Assembly: GCA_904063045.1 (NCBI GenBank)
Contig: CAJFCJ010000068.1
Location: 122,542-186,541 of the forward strand
Direction of reading: 5' to 3'
From: Dimorphilus gyrociliatus
Lineage: Eukaryota > Animalia > Annelida
Length of the DNA stretch: 64,000 nucleotides
Positions 58,622 through 64,000 of the stretch are shown here, in pieces. Numbering within the stretch: the first letter of the stretch is position 1; each line of letters starts with the position of its first letter. Under the pieces are notes generated by a model. The model had not been told where the DNA came from, ran no database searches, and was given only the letters and a program-made list of their open reading frames with translations. A program made the position numbers and the translations under genes.

Positions 58622-61600
58622 TGTACTGCTCTTGCTGGCAAAATCTATGCGTTTGCAAGTTATAACAATACTGGTTCTACTCGAACCTTTAAACAAATGT
58701 TTAAATTAAAACGGTTTATTCGCAATAATAATACTTAAGCAAGTAACAATATGAGAGTTCGATAGCAGAGTAGATAGTTTGTAAAAGCAGGTTGCCAAAT
58801 TACCAAACTGTCTTCTAATGTTGAGGAGTAGATGGATGGTTCCAGTGGAGGTTGTTTCCAGATGATTTTCCCAGGTCCTTGGGTCCAGATGGAAGCTGCA
58901 TGCCAAATGAGAATAATGAGAATTTATATACTTTGAGGTTTGTCTCTGACATCCAATCATCACTTTACAGTTGCCGAAATGTGTAGTTCATATTTATCTT
59001 TAGTAACAGGATGTTACAAGGTTCAACATTTAGGAAGGTTAATTGAATTATAACTTGGCCACACCCTAGGCAAGTTAATTAAATTATAACTTGGCCAAAC
59101 CTTTATTGGTAATTAAAGATGAGCCTTCAAGCTGACTAATCAGACTTATGTTTGGCCAATGTTATAGCATTTTCTTGCGTAGGTTTTAAGATGTACATGT
59201 ATATGTTGCATAAAATAATAGAGTTCAAGCATGTAAAATATAACCAAAGTTGTACAACTTCCCCCTTCTTTGTGAAGATGAGTCCCTTCATCTTGATTTA
59301 ATGAGAATTACAGGTGGTTGTTCTTCTTCATTAGTTTGATGTTGACTAAAGCTACAACTTTGTTTCATTAGTTTTGGGTTTTCAGGAGAGTTATCTGTGC
59401 TCTCACTTGGGGTAGCAATTTCTTCTCTTTGTTTTCTTCTTCCAATAATATAGTTGAAAATGATGATACATACCATTGACACTACAATACTCAAACAAAT
59501 ATTTCGTATGATAACATAAAGTGTTTTCCCAGGTTTATAGTACCAACTATGGAAAAACTTTTTAATTCCAGATAAATTGGGTACAATGCCATTTTTCTCT
59601 GCAACAGTGACCATGTTATCATACCTTGCCTGCTTCTGTTCCAGTGAACTGATAACTTGCTTAATTTTTGAGTGCTGGTATGCAATATCCTTCTTTACCC
59701 CATGGTGGAGTAGATCAGCTAATCTGGCAATTTCAATTTTTGGTTCAGAAAGGTGATTGTGGATATGTAACTGCATGGATTTTGCAGACACAGTGTGAAA
59801 TCTGCATCCTCTTTCTGAATAATACACATACGTTTTGTCTTTCATTGGTTGGTTTCTTATAGGATTTAATGGGTTGTGAGTTGTTTTGTAGAATAACTTG
59901 TTAGACTTACACTCATTATAGGTAATCTCTTCAGGATTGACTTGCTGTAAAACATGAGTAACTGGTTCTACTTGGAAAAGCAGGTTGTTCATGGTGACAA
60001 GTAAAAATTGAGAACATTTGTTATTCTTTTTTATCATGCTTAAGTCACAAACTACTTCTGTTGAGGCTATTGGTGAACATTGTTTAATTATAGCTAATTC
60101 TCCCATCTGACTACTGTGCATTCCCAACTCATTTGTTAACACTGTGGTCAATTGAGGATCCAAATTTGCTAGTAATGCCATCATTCTGCTTCTTTGAACA
60201 AATTGATTGCAGAGAAGACTTGACAGCTGTTGGGCAAACTTTTTTAAATTCTTAAAATTTGAATCAATACCATGTAGTAAGGTAGATGTTTGGGCAGCTT
60301 CTCTCATTTCCAGTGGGAATTTGTGGTATGGGTTTTTACTTATCTTATGTTTCAGTTTTGCTTCCTTCTTCATCTGCTTTTTAGCCATTCTCATGTGTAG
60401 AGTAAAATAAATTCCTTCATAGGTAATCTTAAATTCTCTGGCTGGTGGTCCTTTATACCATATGCCCAATGTTGGTAATACCTTCTTTTTGATTCTTTTC
60501 TCACTGTATACATATTTTGAAATCGTGACAGATTGTCTTGTTGCCCTTGTCCAATTGACTGCTTGCAGCATTTCTTGGATATAATAGTTATCCAGCTCCC
60601 AGTAAGATGGACTAATGGGTTGTTGTAGATGATATATCACAACTTCCTTGAGTGTGCCTTTATTTCTCATTAGTTTATACTTTGTGTTTGTTTCTCTGTA
60701 CCATTGGTTAAGACTTGGTAAGGGGTTGTTTCGCTTGTATAGTATAATTTGTTCTTTAACTTTATTGGGATAGTTTAATAGTCGTTTTTCTTCATTTTTG
60801 CCAATCTTCTGATATTGTAGCAAATTGTATAGGTGTTCCTTGCTTGTTTCCTGTATTAAACTCTGTTCCTCCAGTGGTACTAGTACTTTTGTTCCAGGAC
60901 CACCAATTCCATCAATAAACTTATCTTGATAAGGGATGTCCAGAATAGAATACCCTGGACAAGAATGTGACCAGCAAATTTGATACAACTAATTCTGTTG
61001 CTAATTTTTATCCATGGTGATTGTTGCCCAAGTGTGTAATTATTCTTGAGGTTTCTAAAGACAATAATTGCCTCTTCTGTCTCACAATAGGACTGCCCTG
61101 GTAAACAATCTTCCAGGTAGTCCAGATTAGTTGTAATTTTCATATTAGGAGGTTGCCAATATGCTTTGCCAAACTGGATAATTGTGGTGTATTCCAGCAC
61201 CTTGGTCGTTGTTGGCCATGTGTAGGCAGCAGGAAACTGATCTTGGTGGATCCAAGTGTTTCTTTTCACCATTAAAGGTTTTCCTTGAAAAGATCATTTG
61301 TCTTTTATCATCTGTCTGCATTGATCATGAGTTACTTTGATAACTGAGTTAACAATCCTCCTCTTCTTTGCTCCAAAGAAATAGTAAGTGTAAAAATTAG
61401 TTCTTAGATACACTTGACATTTTACTGCTCTTGTTTCAATTTCTTCCAAGTTCAATTCATAGATATCAGCTGTAATTGTCTTGGTTTCTTGTGATTCTAT
61501 ATTACAAGTTGGCTCATCTGCTAGATCAAATGCCTGGCTTGGTAGTTGGTTAGAACAAAAGTATAACGGTGGTTTAAATGTTAAGGTAATGTTTGCACTT

Positions 61601-64000
61601 GTAACATGGGCACCTTGGTAGGATGGTTTTGGGACTGTTATTGAGTGGATGCAGCCACAGATCACCATTACAGTCATCACTAGTGGAAGCCACAACATCT
61701 GTTTCATGTTAGCTCTTCCTGTGTTGGCTATAGTTGAATGGTTGAAAATTTTGTGTTGTTGTTCCACTCTGATAGTTATTCCATCTTCTAACTCTATATA
61801 TTGTGGTTCCACTTCTTGTTGGGAATCTAATTGTTCAGAGATGATTTTAGTCTCATCTAAAAATATGACTGACTCATTGTCTGTTCACTTGTATTTTCTT
61901 TCTCATCTTGGGATGAATCTACCACTATGAGGGACTCATTATCTGAATGGGTTATGTCAATAATTTCACCTTCAATAATTATTGACTCATTATCCGAATG
62001 GGTTATATCAATAATTTCACTTTCAATAATTATTGACTCATCGTCTGAACTAGATATTTCATCTTCTCTATCAGAGATAATGTTTGCCTCTGAATCTGTA
62101 TTTTGATCCAGTTCATTATTTGTTTCTGTGTCATCACTTTCAGATGAGCTTGAAGGTTCATTGAGACTGTAATTACTGTCTGTTTTGAAAGTATTGCTTG
62201 TGTCATAACCAGTATCAGAATTAGTAACTTCCATCTCTGAGTCATCACTATCTGAACTTTCTGATGAAGAGTCATGCTGTCCCATCATGGCTATAGTGAC
62301 TTTGTTTAGTTGAGGTTGCCTTATTCTTTCAGCCAGGTTCCCTTTCCTTCTATCAAATTTGAGAGAACACTGTTTAGCTTCAAAATTGAGGTTTGCTCCC
62401 ACAGTTTGTAGGAAATCACAACCAAGTATTATTGCTATGTCTAGATTTTCCATAACTATAAATTCTTGTTCCATACTTTCTCCAGCAAATTGGATATTCA
62501 GCTTTACGCTTCCTTTTTGCTTTAAAGCTTTCCCATCAGCTGAAGTTATAATTGGTAAGCCAATTGTTTCTTTATCCATAATTGTAACATCCATTAACTT
62601 GATTTCTTTTTCAGTAATAAAGGATCTCAATGCTCCTGTGTCACACAAGGCGATGACTTCTTGGCCTTTTTGATTCTTCAAACGGAATTGGAAGTCATTT
62701 CTTCCTTCTACCTGAGAAAGATATTGGAGGTGTGTTATTTCCTTCTCCACAAGGTGAAAGATTGTTGTTGCTTCTTTCCCTGTTTCCAACTTATTAGATT
62801 CATTGGCTAGTCTTAATCTGCTACCATGTACCAACTTGCATGTATTATCATCCATTTGTATTTCATATATCCAGTTTTGATGATTGACTTTTGTTATTCG
62901 GTATGGGCCTAACCATTTTAAAGAAGGGATTTTTGTTATTGCAATTCTTGCAGCATCATTTCTTAAGAATACTTCATCATCAACCTCAAAATATTTTGGA
63001 AGATTGAGATTTCTATTCTTTCTTTCCCTATATTGTTCTTTTGCCATGATGGATTTACAGAAGGCTGTAGCTCTTAACTGTACTAATTGCTGCTGGTGAT
63101 TGAATACAAATAGTACATTTGTTTCAGGAGAGGTAGTATGCATTGTTACATCAATCAGTGTTCTTGTGCTGGTGCCAAAAAGAAGTTCCTGGGGTGGTAG
63201 TCTTGTACTTCCTACAGGTGATTGATTCAAAAATGCTTGAATCAAGGGTAGGTTTGCAACCCAGTTATGCTGATTTTCTTCCACCACTAATTTATTGATT
63301 TCCTTCCTCACTTCTCTATTTCTTCGTTCAACTAGTCCATTGCTCTGGCTTCTATAAGCTGTTGTTTGGATTTTCTCAATACCTAATACCTTCATAAACT
63401 CTTTAAAAGCTTTACCAACAAAGTTTCTTCCTTGATCTGTCAACATTTTTTTGGAATTCCAAAAATGGAAAAAATCTGTTGAAAAGAAGGTTTGCAATTT
63501 CTTTACTGTTTGCTGTTGAGTGCATATAAAACTGTGTATCTACTGAAATGATCCACTATCACAAGTATGAATCTGTATGACTTAACCATGGGTAAGGGTC
63601 CCATTATATCCATGCTACCAACTCCATTGGTGATGCAGGTAAAGGTTTCTACCAAAGGGTATACTCTACTCCTACCATTCATTTTTCACACAAAGTCAAT
63701 CCTTTATTGAATTCTCAATCATAATCTTTAATTTTGGGTGCCAAAAGGTCTTTGTAATTATTTGTAATGTCATTCTGGTCCATGTGATTGTGAATTTTAT
63801 TTTATGGAATTTAGGGAGCAGAGTTAGCATCAAATGTCAGGTAAAACCAGAATTTCTTCTTCAAGGATAATCCAGATCATTTCCTTGTGAACAAACATCT
63901 CCATTATGAAAGGTTAAAATTCCAAAATAAGAATAGGTAGCTGACCATCCAATGTTAAATATTCTTTAATGATTTTAAATTCACATCTTTTCTTGCTCTG
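58622..64000 (-). mobile_element. Gypsy PR2-env element, copy 2 (3' half), inserted in PLE2 and running off the window
   Basis: 3' LTR 58622-59256 and PPT; env ORFs 59288-61812; INT-GPY/F-PR2-linker ORF 61857-63497; nearly identical to copy 1. Confidence 0.95.

Noticed and set aside
58622-58641. MPARAVH as the true N-terminus of the 1025-aa PLE protein
   Set aside because: These codons come from the inserted LTR end; the real PLE start is displaced.

Overview
AT-rich eukaryotic (probably invertebrate) DNA that is almost entirely mobile elements. It has a scaffold gap at about 48232-48858 and many 1-bp indels that look like read errors. Main content: (1) A Gypsy/Ty3-type LTR element (6535-15799; 635-bp LTRs, tRNA-Ser PBS, PPT) and a near-identical inverted second copy (58622 to beyond 64000). 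The two copies are broken at different places. Their consensus reads integrase - GPY/F - a second aspartic protease - an acidic repeat linker - signal peptide - an envelope resembling herpes gB/chuvirus G (class III fusogen), all in one frame. This is the strongest candidate for an undescribed system here. (2) Two Penelope-like elements on the minus strand. One has an intact-looking GIY-YIG domain and a partial-tandem structure. The other has a degenerate GIY-YIG, extra co-oriented ORFs and a 3' type I hammerhead ribozyme. (3) A CpG-rich block at about 22.4-43.1 kb of decayed Gypsy, hAT and integrase elements with verifiable TSDs. (4) Two copies of a 957-bp MITE with 9-bp TSDs. (5) Host-like genes: a broken LDLa-LRR-7TM receptor and a head-to-head pair of small secreted prepropeptide genes. 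(6) An orphan cluster of co-oriented ORFs at 19.5-22.3 kb. All family assignments come from motif recognition by eye; no database search was run.
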